A stretch of DNA of 64,000 bases from Allomuricauda sp. (GTDB lineage Bacteria > Bacteroidota > Bacteroidia > Flavobacteriales > Flavobacteriaceae), in the NCBI GenBank assembly GCA_028282265.1, contig JANQIH010000295.1, positions 12,254 through 76,253 of the forward strand, written 5' to 3'. The notes beneath the pieces are model-generated. The model was not told where the DNA came from and ran no database searches. It saw only the letters and a list, made by a program, of their open reading frames with translations. The translations under genes and the position numbers were made by a program. Of the stretch, positions 1 to 9,924 are shown piece after piece (the stretch's first letter is position 1; every line of letters begins with the position of its first letter).

Positions 1-193
1 ACGATTCAGAACGTAGCTTCTCAAAGTTGGGCATCTGAACTTGGGGATACAAATCTTTTACTCCCCAACCGTTCATATCATCCACTGAGATAAAAAGTAC
101 ATTGGGTCTTGGTTTTGCAACTTCTTCCTTTTTACAGGACCATAAGCACATAATGGTTATAACAAGGATTACAAACTGACTTAAGAATTTCAT
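1..193 (-). CDS. S1 sulfatase, lipoprotein (5' part only, runs off the window edge; not in the ORF track)
   Basis: Manual translation from ATG at 193: MKFLSQFVILVITIMCLWSCKKEEVAKPRPNVLFISVDDMNGWG...QMPNFEKL. This is a lipobox (WSC) followed by the sulfatase N-terminal PNVLFIxVDD motif; the frame is open to position 1. Confidence 0.85.
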   Translation of the reverse strand, partial: MKFLSQFVILVITIMCLWSCKKEEVAKPRPNVLFISVDDMNGWGVKDLYPQVQMPNFEKLRSES

Positions 194-199
194 TTTCAC

Positions 200-1189
200 T
201 TATTCTTTTAGACTTAGATAATCGCCATGATCTTCCACTTCGAAAAGCTTCGGCCTTTCGTTTGGTCTACTATTGGGTTGGTGCAAACTCATCATTAGCT
301 TGCCATCAAATGTTTTGAACAACATTCCATGCCCTCCATTTTCTTTAAATATCAATTGGTCCAGGTGTTTCCATGGCCCCTTGACACTCCCTGTTTCTGA
401 GATGACCTGGGCAACCTTATAACCGTTCTCGCCAAAACTTGACCAAATCATCAATAATCTACCTGTCTTAGTTCGATATAAAAAGCAGCCATCCGTGATA
501 TAGCCGTAATACTTGTTGTTCATTATTTTGACCTTATCCAAACTAACTACCCAATCCGCTTCCAAAGCAGTAAAAATTGTAGAAGGCGGCCCCACCGTTT
601 TCGACAAGTCATTACTCAGTTGCACCACCTCCATAGTACCGTCCGTATTTTGCGCCCATTCGTGACAGAATATCATATAGGGTACATCATTCTCCACCCA
701 AAGCGTACCATCCAAACTCATCCAATCATTAGGAGTGGTTGGTCCGTTTTCAAAGGGCAGAAATGGTCCTTTGGGACTATCACTCCACAAAATTTGGGTG
801 CCTCGTTTATATTGGGGTGGTTTTCTATCGGATTGTGGTGCCATAACATCCCCTGTAAAAGTTACGAAAAGGTAAAACTTGTCCTTGTACTTGTGAACTT
901 CGGGTGCCCAAACCATTCTTTTTCCCCAATGGTCTTTCGCATGTTGATAGACAGTGGTCGGACCGTACCAGTTTTTTAAATCACTACTGGTAAAAACCTC
1001 TACCCCCTTGATGCTGTCTTTTTCTCCAAGGCGATTATTTGTGGTTCCATAAAGGTAATAGGTCTTTGTAATGGAATCAGGCAATATAAAGGGGTCACGA
1101 ATGCGCAGCTCTTCCAACGATTTCTGGGCACAGATACTCATCCCATAAAGTAATATGCCCAACAGTATTATTCTTTTGTAGAAATCCAT
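200..1189 (-). CDS. Glycoside hydrolase family 43 (five-bladed beta-propeller), signal peptide
   Basis: IRDPF (general base Asp), WAPEVH, LDGTLW and HEW motifs typical of GH43; Sec signal peptide. Confidence 0.85.
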   Translation of the reverse strand: MDFYKRIILLGILLYGMSICAQKSLEELRIRDPFILPDSITKTYYLYGTTNNRLGEKDSIKGVEVFTSSDLKNWYGPTTVYQHAKDHWGKRMVWAPEVHKYKDKFYLFVTFTGDVMAPQSDRKPPQYKRGTQILWSDSPKGPFLPFENGPTTPNDWMSLDGTLWVENDVPYMIFCHEWAQNTDGTMEVVQLSNDLSKTVGPPSTIFTALEADWVVSLDKVKIMNNKYYGYITDGCFLYRTKTGRLLMIWSSFGENGYKVAQVISETGSVKGPWKHLDQLIFKENGGHGMLFKTFDGKLMMSLHQPNSRPNERPKLFEVEDHGDYLSLKE

Positions 1190-1191
1190 TG

Positions 1192-2655
1192 TTAGATTTT
1201 AGTAAGCTTGTAGGCTACGGTACCATGTGGTGGAATCGCGGTAGCCGTAATTTTTTTTGTTTTTTGGCCAAGATGTTCCCCAGACCAGACATCAGTAACT
1301 TGGTAAGTGCCATCCCAATACTCCCAATGAAAGTAAAAATCAAGGTCCATTGGTTCCTCGCCCAAGTTGAAAAAGGCAATATATTTTTCGTTGCCATCTT
1401 TTGATTCAGCCAACCATATCCTATCTGTTCTTCCCATCCCTGAGTACACAAAATTTGCCGCTTGACGATTATGGGTACTGTGCTGGTTTATTCTCAATAG
1501 TTCTTTGTTTTGGAGCCAGGCATAATCCTCGGCTCGGCTTGTGATGGGATCTCCACCCCAAATCAATGGGGATTTTGCGAAAGACCATAGGGTCATTAAA
1601 GTCTTCTTCTCTTCATCATTGAGGTGAGAAAAATGTTCCTTTTTGGTGCTTTCTCCAGGATAATCAGAGAGGCATAAATTTCCGATGGGAATCATATCCA
1701 AATCGGGCCAGGTGCCATCTCCGATATGAGGTTGCCATGCATAGGCCAAATCAAACATATGAACAATCTTTTCCCAATAGTCCCAGAAGTCAATAGAAAT
1801 CCGGTACAGATTGGCATGGGCTTCCATGTGATTGGCATAACTGACAAAGGCTTCTCCACAGGAAAGGCTCAGTACCATGGGACGGCCACATTGGTCAATA
1901 GCATTCCTGATAAGTTCTATTTCCTTTGAATGATAGGTAGGTGCGGAAATATCATCCACTTTTACGAAATCAACACCCCAATTGGCGTACAAGTCAAAAA
2001 GGGAGTTGTAGTATTCTTGTGCCCCGGGTTTTGTTGGGTCAACACCATACATGTTATTGTTCCATTTGCAGGTATCTATTTTCTTGGCAACATCCGCAGC
2101 GTAATATTCAGTGCCTTTGATAGGGGTATTTGCATTTACAGCCTGGCGTGGAATGCCCCACATGATATGAATACCGAATTTCATATTCTTTTGATGCAGA
2201 TAATCCCCAAGAGCTTTAAATCCATCGCCATTTTTTGATGAGGGAAATCGATTTTCGGCTGGGATCAACCGCCCATATTCATCCATATTTAAAACCGGAT
2301 ATAGATTCCCCAATGAATCTTTTTCTTGCTTAACGGTAAAAGTGGTCCACTGGTTAGGATTCCAATTATCGGGCCCTGGATTGAACCAACAGAAATCTAT
2401 GGTTGCCATATCATATCCGTACGGCAATAGTTTTTTCTCCAAAGAATCCACGGATTGCAAAAACTGTTTTTCAGTTACCGCCCCGTGGTAGGCATCATAA
2501 CTGTTCCATCCCAAAGTTGGGGTTTTGGACCATTCTCTAAAATCGGGCTTCCCTTCTTTTTCTAACGAGGATATTTCTTTCTGTTTTTCATTACAACCAC
2601 TGAAAAACAATGAAGAAAATAAAAACAATATTGGTAGAATTCCATCAGTTCTCAT
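1192..2655 (-). CDS. GH27 glycosidase, lipoprotein; beta-L-arabinopyranosidase (Abp)-like
   Basis: TPTLGWNSY, DFVKVDD (nucleophile), YRISIDFWD (acid/base), WPDLDMIP; lipobox FSGC; IDFCW in place of the DD motif of alpha-galactosidases. Confidence 0.88.
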   Translation of the reverse strand: MRTDGILPILFLFSSLFFSGCNEKQKEISSLEKEGKPDFREWSKTPTLGWNSYDAYHGAVTEKQFLQSVDSLEKKLLPYGYDMATIDFCWFNPGPDNWNPNQWTTFTVKQEKDSLGNLYPVLNMDEYGRLIPAENRFPSSKNGDGFKALGDYLHQKNMKFGIHIMWGIPRQAVNANTPIKGTEYYAADVAKKIDTCKWNNNMYGVDPTKPGAQEYYNSLFDLYANWGVDFVKVDDISAPTYHSKEIELIRNAIDQCGRPMVLSLSCGEAFVSYANHMEAHANLYRISIDFWDYWEKIVHMFDLAYAWQPHIGDGTWPDLDMIPIGNLCLSDYPGESTKKEHFSHLNDEEKKTLMTLWSFAKSPLIWGGDPITSRAEDYAWLQNKELLRINQHSTHNRQAANFVYSGMGRTDRIWLAESKDGNEKYIAFFNLGEEPMDLDFYFHWEYWDGTYQVTDVWSGEHLGQKTKKITATAIPPHGTVAYKLTKI

Positions 2656-2755
2656 AAATATGAAATTCTTTAAAATTCATTAGCTGTATTTGCTCATTTG
2701 TCCAAATGAGTGGTGCAAACGGATTCAGAAATTCAAACCTCAGAATTTAAGATTA

Positions 2756-4357
2756 CTACTCTGACTTGCGTGCTGGGAATTCTATTTTTCTAAGCTCTTC
2801 CCCATCACCTGAGAGATAGAAGTTCTCGATATCACGTTCATCTACCCATCTTACATTAAGGGCTTCTCCTTTTTCAAAGCGATTGTAAACTCCGCCCACC
2901 TTATAAAACGGATGCGATTCATACAAATGTCCATACCCAATCATTCGTAAATCGCCTTGCTCTAAAAGCATGTTTTCCATTTCTGTTTCCATACTCTTTT
3001 TCGAGTTTTGAAGTGCAGGAATTTCTGCAAGATTCCTCACACAGTCAGGGTCTTTTGAAATATCATATAATTCTTCAATGGGTCGTTTGCCAAGATTAAG
3101 TTTCCAGTAATCATAAATACCATCTCGACGCTGTTCTATGAGCAATCTTTTTATAGGACTGCTGTCCACATTTAAATACCCTGTTTCCGGATTGCCGGCA
3201 GGCCATCTATCGGGTTCGTAGTTTTTGATATAAAGCATATCATCCTTGTACATTCCCCTAAATGGATAGCCTTCATCATTGGGCCTTCCAGGGTCATGAC
3301 GTTCTTTTCCAATTAGTACATAATCACGTGATGCTTCTATCTGGCCGGACTCTTTAGAAAAGAGAATGTTTCTGAGGCTCGTCCCTGTAGCGGGATGCAT
3401 CCCCGAAGATTGCCAATCAATGCCTGCTATATCCATAATGGTCGGTGCAAGGTCGATAAAACTGATATAGTCATCAACAACTCGTTTTTCCTTTATTTTA
3501 TCCTTCCACATCATGGTCATGGGAATATGGTTGGCATGTTCATATCCGTTGCCCTTAACCCTGGGAAAAGGCATGCCGTGATCTGAAGTTACTATCACCA
3601 AAGTGTTTTCCAATTCACCTGAATCTTCTAAATATTTTAGTATTTGTTGCAGATGTGAATCAGCATATTCCACTTCCAATGCATAATCCAACAAATCGTG
3701 ACGCACTATAGTCGTATCGGGCCAATACTTGGGTACATGCTTGATATCTGAAAGCTTCTTTTTACCCACCTTCTCTCCCGAACCATATTCATACGCCCTG
3801 TGCGGTTCATGAAAACCAACCCAAAAAAACCAAGGTTGACCTTTTGCAACTTCATTTACGAAATAATTGAAATTGGCTGCATAATCAGTAGCGGAAATCT
3901 CACTGGTAGGCACTTCTTTTTGAAATTCTGAGATGCGCTGTCCTATAACTTGTCGCTCTTTTCCATCAGAAGTCAAGGTTACTCCCGGAACATATCCCTT
4001 ACCTGTATACCCTGTGGCATAACCATTTTCAAGCATTACTTCGGGGAACGTCTTGAATTTTGGTGGAAAATAGATATAATGGTTCGCTCCCGCGTCCAGT
4101 TGCCATGAATTTCTTCCTGTTAAAATCGATGCCCTTGATGGCGAACATTTGGCGTTTGGCGTATAGGTTTTATTGAACAAAATTCCTTGCTCCGCGACTG
4201 CATCAAAACCCGGGGAGTCTACATAGCTTTCACCATAAGCGGACATGTCCATCCCCGCATCGTCAAAAATGACAAGTAAAATGTTGGGTTTTTGCTGTTC
4301 TTGGGATATAGCTATAAACCCAAAAAGGAATACACCTAATAGCAGAACTCTTTTCAT
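2756..4357 (-). CDS. S1 sulfatase (Cys-type, CSPSR), N-sulfoglucosamine sulfohydrolase-like
   Basis: PNILLVIFDD, CSPSRASILTG, TSDHGMPFPR, EELYD; signal peptide. Confidence 0.92.
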   Translation of the reverse strand: MKRVLLLGVFLFGFIAISQEQQKPNILLVIFDDAGMDMSAYGESYVDSPGFDAVAEQGILFNKTYTPNAKCSPSRASILTGRNSWQLDAGANHYIYFPPKFKTFPEVMLENGYATGYTGKGYVPGVTLTSDGKERQVIGQRISEFQKEVPTSEISATDYAANFNYFVNEVAKGQPWFFWVGFHEPHRAYEYGSGEKVGKKKLSDIKHVPKYWPDTTIVRHDLLDYALEVEYADSHLQQILKYLEDSGELENTLVIVTSDHGMPFPRVKGNGYEHANHIPMTMMWKDKIKEKRVVDDYISFIDLAPTIMDIAGIDWQSSGMHPATGTSLRNILFSKESGQIEASRDYVLIGKERHDPGRPNDEGYPFRGMYKDDMLYIKNYEPDRWPAGNPETGYLNVDSSPIKRLLIEQRRDGIYDYWKLNLGKRPIEELYDISKDPDCVRNLAEIPALQNSKKSMETEMENMLLEQGDLRMIGYGHLYESHPFYKVGGVYNRFEKGEALNVRWVDERDIENFYLSGDGEELRKIEFPARKSE

Positions 4358-4367
4358 AACAATTCAA

Positions 4368-5858
4368 TTATGAAAATGCGATATCATTCCATCGCAGTTC
4401 TTGTTTGAAGCGGTATAAATCGGTCTTTTCATCAATGAGCAAAAATTCGATTCCAAAAATATCAGCAAGGTCTTCCATTTGTTCTGCACTTATGTTTTCA
4501 CTATACCCTGTGTGATGCGCTCCGCCACCTAAAATCCATGCAGAAGCAGCGATATCAAGATTGGGATGCGGGTTCCACAGTACCCTTGCCACAGGTAGAT
4601 TGGGCATATTATTTTCAATTTCAACGGCATCAACGGTATTGACCAACATTCGAAAACGGTTGCCAACATCAATTATGGAAGCATTCAATGCTTTTCCTGC
4701 TCCGGCATTGAATACCAATCGAGCAGGGTCTTCCTTACCTCCAATACCCAGTGGATGTACCTCTACGCGAACTTCACCTTTTGCAATGGAAGGACAAATT
4801 TCAAGCATATGGGATCCCAAAACGGTACTTTGATTAGGGTCAAAATGGTAGGTGTAATCCTCCATAAAACTATTGCCCCCTTCCAATCCACTGGCCATAA
4901 CTTTCATAGTTCGTACAAGTGCTGCTGTTTTCCAATCTCCCTCGCCACCAAAACCATACCCTTTGGCCATGAGCCGCTGAGTTGCGATTCCGGGTAATTG
5001 TTTCATGCCATGAAGATTTTCAAAAGTATCGGTAAAGGCGGTAAAACCTCCTTCGTTCATAAAGGCTTCCATGCCCAGTTCTATTTGGGCCGAATCACGT
5101 AGGGATTGATGCTTTTCTCCGCCCTTTTTCACATTATCGGCCAGTATATAGCTTGATTCGTATTCTTCCAGCAACCTATTGATCTCACCTTCTGAAACCT
5201 GGTCGATATATTCCACTAAATCACCAACACCATACCCATTTACCTCGTAACCAAACTGAATTTGGGCAGAGACCTTATTGCCTTCGGTAACCGCAACTTG
5301 TCTCATATTATCGCCGATGCGTGCCACTTTCATTTGTTTGGAATCGGCTACAGCACAGGCAACGCGGCACCAATCATCCACTTTTTTGATAACGGCTTCA
5401 TTTTGCCAATGTCCCACAACCACCTTGCGGTTGATTCGCATCCTAGAAGCAATAAATCCAAACTCCCGACCCCCATGGGCCGATTGATTCAGATTCATAA
5501 AGTCCATATCAATAGTATTCCAAGGAATATCCCTGTTAAACTGGGTGTGTAAATGCAAAAATGGTTTGTTAAGTTCCTTTAAACCCGCTATCCACATTTT
5601 TGCCGGTGAGAAAGTATGCATCCATGCGATGATTCCAACGCAATTTTCGTCATTATTGGCGGCCCGTAAGGTTTGGGTAATCTCATCAGGGGTTTTGACG
5701 GTATCCTTCCAAATTACCTTCACCACAATGCTTTTATTGTCGTTATAGGCTTTTGCAATTTCTTTGGAATGCTCGGCTACCTGTTTTAAGGTTTCAGGAC
5801 CATACAAATGTTGACTGCCTGTCACGAACCAAACCTCATATTTTGATAAATCTACCAT
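4368..5858 (-). CDS. araA: L-arabinose isomerase
   Basis: [62 protein letters not shown]; about 496 aa. Confidence 0.97.
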   Translation of the reverse strand: MVDLSKYEVWFVTGSQHLYGPETLKQVAEHSKEIAKAYNDNKSIVVKVIWKDTVKTPDEITQTLRAANNDENCVGIIAWMHTFSPAKMWIAGLKELNKPFLHLHTQFNRDIPWNTIDMDFMNLNQSAHGGREFGFIASRMRINRKVVVGHWQNEAVIKKVDDWCRVACAVADSKQMKVARIGDNMRQVAVTEGNKVSAQIQFGYEVNGYGVGDLVEYIDQVSEGEINRLLEEYESSYILADNVKKGGEKHQSLRDSAQIELGMEAFMNEGGFTAFTDTFENLHGMKQLPGIATQRLMAKGYGFGGEGDWKTAALVRTMKVMASGLEGGNSFMEDYTYHFDPNQSTVLGSHMLEICPSIAKGEVRVEVHPLGIGGKEDPARLVFNAGAGKALNASIIDVGNRFRMLVNTVDAVEIENNMPNLPVARVLWNPHPNLDIAASAWILGGGAHHTGYSENISAEQMEDLADIFGIEFLLIDEKTDLYRFKQELRWNDIAFS

Positions 5859-5867
5859 ACTAAATTT

Positions 5868-7493
5868 TTAGAGAGATAAAGTACTGAATGAAATCATGAT
5901 GTAAACCACGATAATTACTACAACTATTGATACCAAGATATCCAACCAACCATAACTTGATTTGTTTTCTGCTTTTTGCTCTTCGGTAATAGTACCGAAT
6001 GTCATTCCGGCCAACTTTGCTGGTGCCGGGGCTGGAGACATCAGACTCACAACCACGGCTATGGCGATGCAAATAGCAAAGAAATATGCACCAAAGACCA
6101 GCCAATTAATGTTTGCCAGTGAGTGAATCAAACTACCTTCCGTAAAGTTATTCTTTAGTATTTCCAAGGTCAATTTTGAAAAACCAATGATAAAACCACC
6201 TATTAAAGTGGCCAGTGCCCCTTTTGAATTTATGCGTTTGTAAAAAATGCCCAAAAGGAAAACTGCTGCAATGGGTGGTGAAATGTAGGCCTGTACGTTT
6301 TGCAAGTATTCATAGAGACCATCGGAAAGTCTTGTTATGATAGGAATCCATAGCAATCCTAGAAACACCACAATAAAGGTTGCTATTCGACCCGTTTTTA
6401 CCAATTCTTCTTCTGGTTTCTCGGGTTTTAATTTTTTGTAAATATCCAATGTGAATAGTGTAGAGCATGAATTGAATACCGAAGCCAAAGAACTCATCAA
6501 AGCAGCTAGAAGTCCTGCGGCTACCAATCCCCTTAGACCAGAGGGCAATAGATTACTCATCAAAACGGGAAACGCTTGGTCAGGGCTGTCCCAATCCAAT
6601 CTTCCTTGCATTTTTAATCCCAAAGCGATAACACCTGGAATTAAAAACAAGAACACAGGCATTAATTTCAATAAGGCTCCAAAAATGCTTCCACGCCGAC
6701 CTTCTTTTATATTCTTTGCCGTCAATACACGTTGCACGATGACTTGGTCCGTACACCAATACCAAATTCCCACTACGGTACTGGTGATGAACAAGGGTAG
6801 CCAAGGGTAATCAGGATCTGAGTTGGGACGCCACATGTTGAAATAGTCCTTACCGACCGTCTCTTTTAATTCGCCCCATCCGCCGATGGCATCCAATCCC
6901 ATAAAAGTAAGAACGCCTGCTCCTAAAACCAGAACAATCGCCTGAATCGTCTCGGTATACACCACTGCACGCATTCCGCCCAAGACGGTATAAATCCCTG
7001 TGAGCACAACGGTTGCTACAGCCCCTATCCAAAAAGGAATTCCCAATAAGGCAGAAACCACTACCCCACCGGCATATATGGTAACAGATACTTTGGTCAA
7101 AATATAAGCGACCAAGGAAACAATAGATAGTATCCATCTGGATCGCGCATCAAAACGCTTTTCCAAAAATTCCGGCATGGTGAAAACTCCACTTCGTGCA
7201 TAAAAAGGAAGAAAGACCCAGCCCAACATCAGAACTACCCACGCATGCAGTTCATATATCAACAAAGGCATTTTGTCTCCAGCACCATTACCCGCTAATC
7301 CCACCACATGTTCAGAACCGATATTGGATGCAAAAATGGACGCTCCCACGACAAACCAGCCCACATTTCTGCCAGCTAAAAAATAATCTTCGGTGTCTTT
7401 CTGTTTTTGAAGTATTACCCACCAGGCTACACCAAGCAGTACCAAAAAATAGGCGGCTATTACAATCCAGTCTAAAGAATCCAGTCCTTGCAT
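5868..7493 (-). CDS. Sodium:solute symporter (SGLT-like), probably the L-arabinose importer
   Basis: YFLAGR, ASNIGSEH, FTMPEFLEKRF, YWCTDQVIVQR, AALMSSLAS motifs; about 14 TM segments; lies between araD and araA. Confidence 0.93.
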   Translation of the reverse strand: MQGLDSLDWIVIAAYFLVLLGVAWWVILQKQKDTEDYFLAGRNVGWFVVGASIFASNIGSEHVVGLAGNGAGDKMPLLIYELHAWVVLMLGWVFLPFYARSGVFTMPEFLEKRFDARSRWILSIVSLVAYILTKVSVTIYAGGVVVSALLGIPFWIGAVATVVLTGIYTVLGGMRAVVYTETIQAIVLVLGAGVLTFMGLDAIGGWGELKETVGKDYFNMWRPNSDPDYPWLPLFITSTVVGIWYWCTDQVIVQRVLTAKNIKEGRRGSIFGALLKLMPVFLFLIPGVIALGLKMQGRLDWDSPDQAFPVLMSNLLPSGLRGLVAAGLLAALMSSLASVFNSCSTLFTLDIYKKLKPEKPEEELVKTGRIATFIVVFLGLLWIPIITRLSDGLYEYLQNVQAYISPPIAAVFLLGIFYKRINSKGALATLIGGFIIGFSKLTLEILKNNFTEGSLIHSLANINWLVFGAYFFAICIAIAVVVSLMSPAPAPAKLAGMTFGTITEEQKAENKSSYGWLDILVSIVVVIIVVYIMISFSTLSL

Positions 7494-7542
7494 AATCTTA
7501 TCAGTTTGGTTGTTAATCGGTTTTAAAATTCAGGAAACATAT

Positions 7543-8247
7543 TTAGCATCCTTGACCGTAATATGCATCTTTTCCGTGCTTTCGTTCAAAATGCTTCTTT
7601 TTCAAGGCCTCTTTCAATGGATTGGCGTTAGGATTTATTTGTAACGTTAAATATGCCATTTTTGCCACCTCTTCACAGACCGCACTATTGTAAACGGCCT
7701 TGGCCACATCTTTTCCCCAAGTGAAAGGAGCATGATTTCCCACCAAAATCATTCCGGCATCCATATAATCGATACCACGTTCATTAAGACAGTCAATGAT
7801 TTGATATCCGGTCATGTGCTCATAATCGCCCTCAATATATTCATCTTTCATAGGTGGGGCACAGGGAATATCGGTCACCAAATGGTCCGCATGTGTTGTT
7901 CCAAAAATTGGGATATCAAGTAATGATTGTGCCCAAGCTGTTCCATATGTTGAATGAGTATGTACCACACCTCCGATTTTATCCCATTCTTTGTATAGAA
8001 CGGCATGTGTTTTTGTATCGGAAGAAGGACGCATTTTACCCTCGACCACTTCACCTTCATAATCACAGATGACAATGTCTTCTGGTTTCAAATCGTCGTA
8101 GGGAACACCACTTGGCTTAATGGCAAAAACTGCTTTATCTCTATCCACCGCGCTGGCATTACCAAAGGTAAAAAGCACCAGCCCCAGTTCCGGAAGCCGC
8201 ATATTGGCCTCGTAAGCCTCTTCTTTTAAGGATTTGTACTTGCTCAT
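7543..8247 (-). CDS. araD: L-ribulose-5-phosphate 4-epimerase
   Basis: FTFGNAS, IKPSGVPY, PSSDTKTH, VHTHS, THADH, HFERKHGKDAYYGQ. Confidence 0.97.
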   Translation of the reverse strand: MSKYKSLKEEAYEANMRLPELGLVLFTFGNASAVDRDKAVFAIKPSGVPYDDLKPEDIVICDYEGEVVEGKMRPSSDTKTHAVLYKEWDKIGGVVHTHSTYGTAWAQSLLDIPIFGTTHADHLVTDIPCAPPMKDEYIEGDYEHMTGYQIIDCLNERGIDYMDAGMILVGNHAPFTWGKDVAKAVYNSAVCEEVAKMAYLTLQINPNANPLKEALKKKHFERKHGKDAYYGQGC

Positions 8248-9914
8248 TGATTCATAGTATGTGCCTCCATGGTCTCACATAGGGCATTATATCTTTTGTA
8301 TACTTTTTTGTAACTGGCAGCATCAGCCTTGTTTGGATGATATTCTGCATCAAATGGACTTCCTATGTGTTCCATAGCTTGATGGGTATCCTCATACAGA
8401 CCAGCGGCCACAGCACCAAAAATACTTGCTCCCAAGGCACATGTCTGTTCTGATTTTGATACCCTTATCGGCATATTCAATACGTCGGCCATCATTTGCA
8501 TGATGAATTTTGACTTTTTAGCCACACCACCCAAAGCGATAATTCCTTTGATGGGAATACCCTCTTCTAAAAATCGATCCACAATTTTCTTAGCACCAAA
8601 ACATGAAGCTTCCACCAAAGCCCTAAAAACCTTTGGCGAGGTGCTCCCTAAATTTAATCCTCCTAAGACACCTTTTAAGCTTTGATTGGCATCAGGGGTG
8701 CGGCGGCCGTTCATCCAATCCAATGCCAACTCTCCTGAAGCTCCAATGGGTTCTTTAGATGCTGCCTCGCTTAATTTTGGGATAATTTTTGCCATGGTTT
8801 CGGCCACAATGGCATCTGCTGTTGCTTGTTCCACCAGAGCGGTGTGTGAAATAATTTCTTTGATAGGCCATGCCACCAATCGCTCGTACCATGCATATAG
8901 ATCTCCGAAAGCAGATTGCCCTGCTTCAAGACCCAACATCCCTGGAATAACAGAACCGTCCACCTGTCCGCAAATACCTTTGACCAATTTTTCTTCACCT
9001 TCCATGGGAGCGACCAAAATATCACAAGTAGAAGTCCCCATAATTTTGGTCAAGTGATAGGGTTCAATTTTTGCCCCGACGGCACCCATATGTGCATCAA
9101 AAGCACCAACGGCAACGGTTACATTAGTGGATAATCCTAATTTTTCTGCCCATTCAGGGGATAGCTTTCCAGCAGGAACATCAGAAGTGAAGGTTTCGGT
9201 AAAAAGACGGTCGCGAAGGCCATCTAAAATTGGATCTAATGCCTTGAAGAAATCATTAGGGGGTAAACCTCCGAAGGATTCATGCCAAAGCGCTTTATGC
9301 CCTGCTGCACATCTACTGCGTTTCATTTGGGAAACATCGCTACCGCCCGTCAATAAGAAAGGAACCCAGTCGCAATGTTCCACCCAAGAATAAGCGGCTT
9401 TGCGTACAGCTTCATCCTGGCGGGATACATGCAATATTTTTGACCAATACCACTCTGACGAGTAAATTCCACCTTCAAACTTACTGTAATCAATGTCCCA
9501 TCGTCCGCACAGTTCATTAATCTCATCGGCCTCCTTGATCCCGGTATGATCTTTCCAAAGCACAAACATAGCATTCGGATTTTCTTCAAATTCGGGTAAG
9601 AGTGCCAAAGGTGTTCCGGTCTTGTCCACTGCGGCGGGCGTTGAACCAGTGGTATCAACACCGATAGCCACAATATTGTCCACAACTTCTTGCTCAACCT
9701 GAGAAATCACATCCCTTATCGTGTTATCAATCCCTTCAATGTAGTCCAATGGGTGTTGGCGAAACTGGTTTTTGGAGGGTTCGCAATACAAGCCCTTTTT
9801 CCATCTTTGGTAATAATGTACGGAAGTGGCCAACTCTTCACCTGTTTTCGCATTTACCAATAGTGCGCGTACCGAATCAGAGCCAAAGTCCATTCCTATA
9901 GTATATTTTTCCAT
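8244..9914 (-). CDS. araB: L-ribulokinase
   Basis: IGMDFGSDSVRA, GVDTTGSTP, LWKDHT, YSSEW, AFDAH, GLEAGQSAFGD, LDWMNGRRTP (FGGY kinase). Confidence 0.96.
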   Translation of the reverse strand: MEKYTIGMDFGSDSVRALLVNAKTGEELATSVHYYQRWKKGLYCEPSKNQFRQHPLDYIEGIDNTIRDVISQVEQEVVDNIVAIGVDTTGSTPAAVDKTGTPLALLPEFEENPNAMFVLWKDHTGIKEADEINELCGRWDIDYSKFEGGIYSSEWYWSKILHVSRQDEAVRKAAYSWVEHCDWVPFLLTGGSDVSQMKRSRCAAGHKALWHESFGGLPPNDFFKALDPILDGLRDRLFTETFTSDVPAGKLSPEWAEKLGLSTNVTVAVGAFDAHMGAVGAKIEPYHLTKIMGTSTCDILVAPMEGEEKLVKGICGQVDGSVIPGMLGLEAGQSAFGDLYAWYERLVAWPIKEIISHTALVEQATADAIVAETMAKIIPKLSEAASKEPIGASGELALDWMNGRRTPDANQSLKGVLGGLNLGSTSPKVFRALVEASCFGAKKIVDRFLEEGIPIKGIIALGGVAKKSKFIMQMMADVLNMPIRVSKSEQTCALGASIFGAVAAGLYEDTHQAMEHIGSPFDAEYHPNKADAASYKKVYKRYNALCETMEAHTMNQ

Positions 9915-9924
9915 TTGAGTGGTT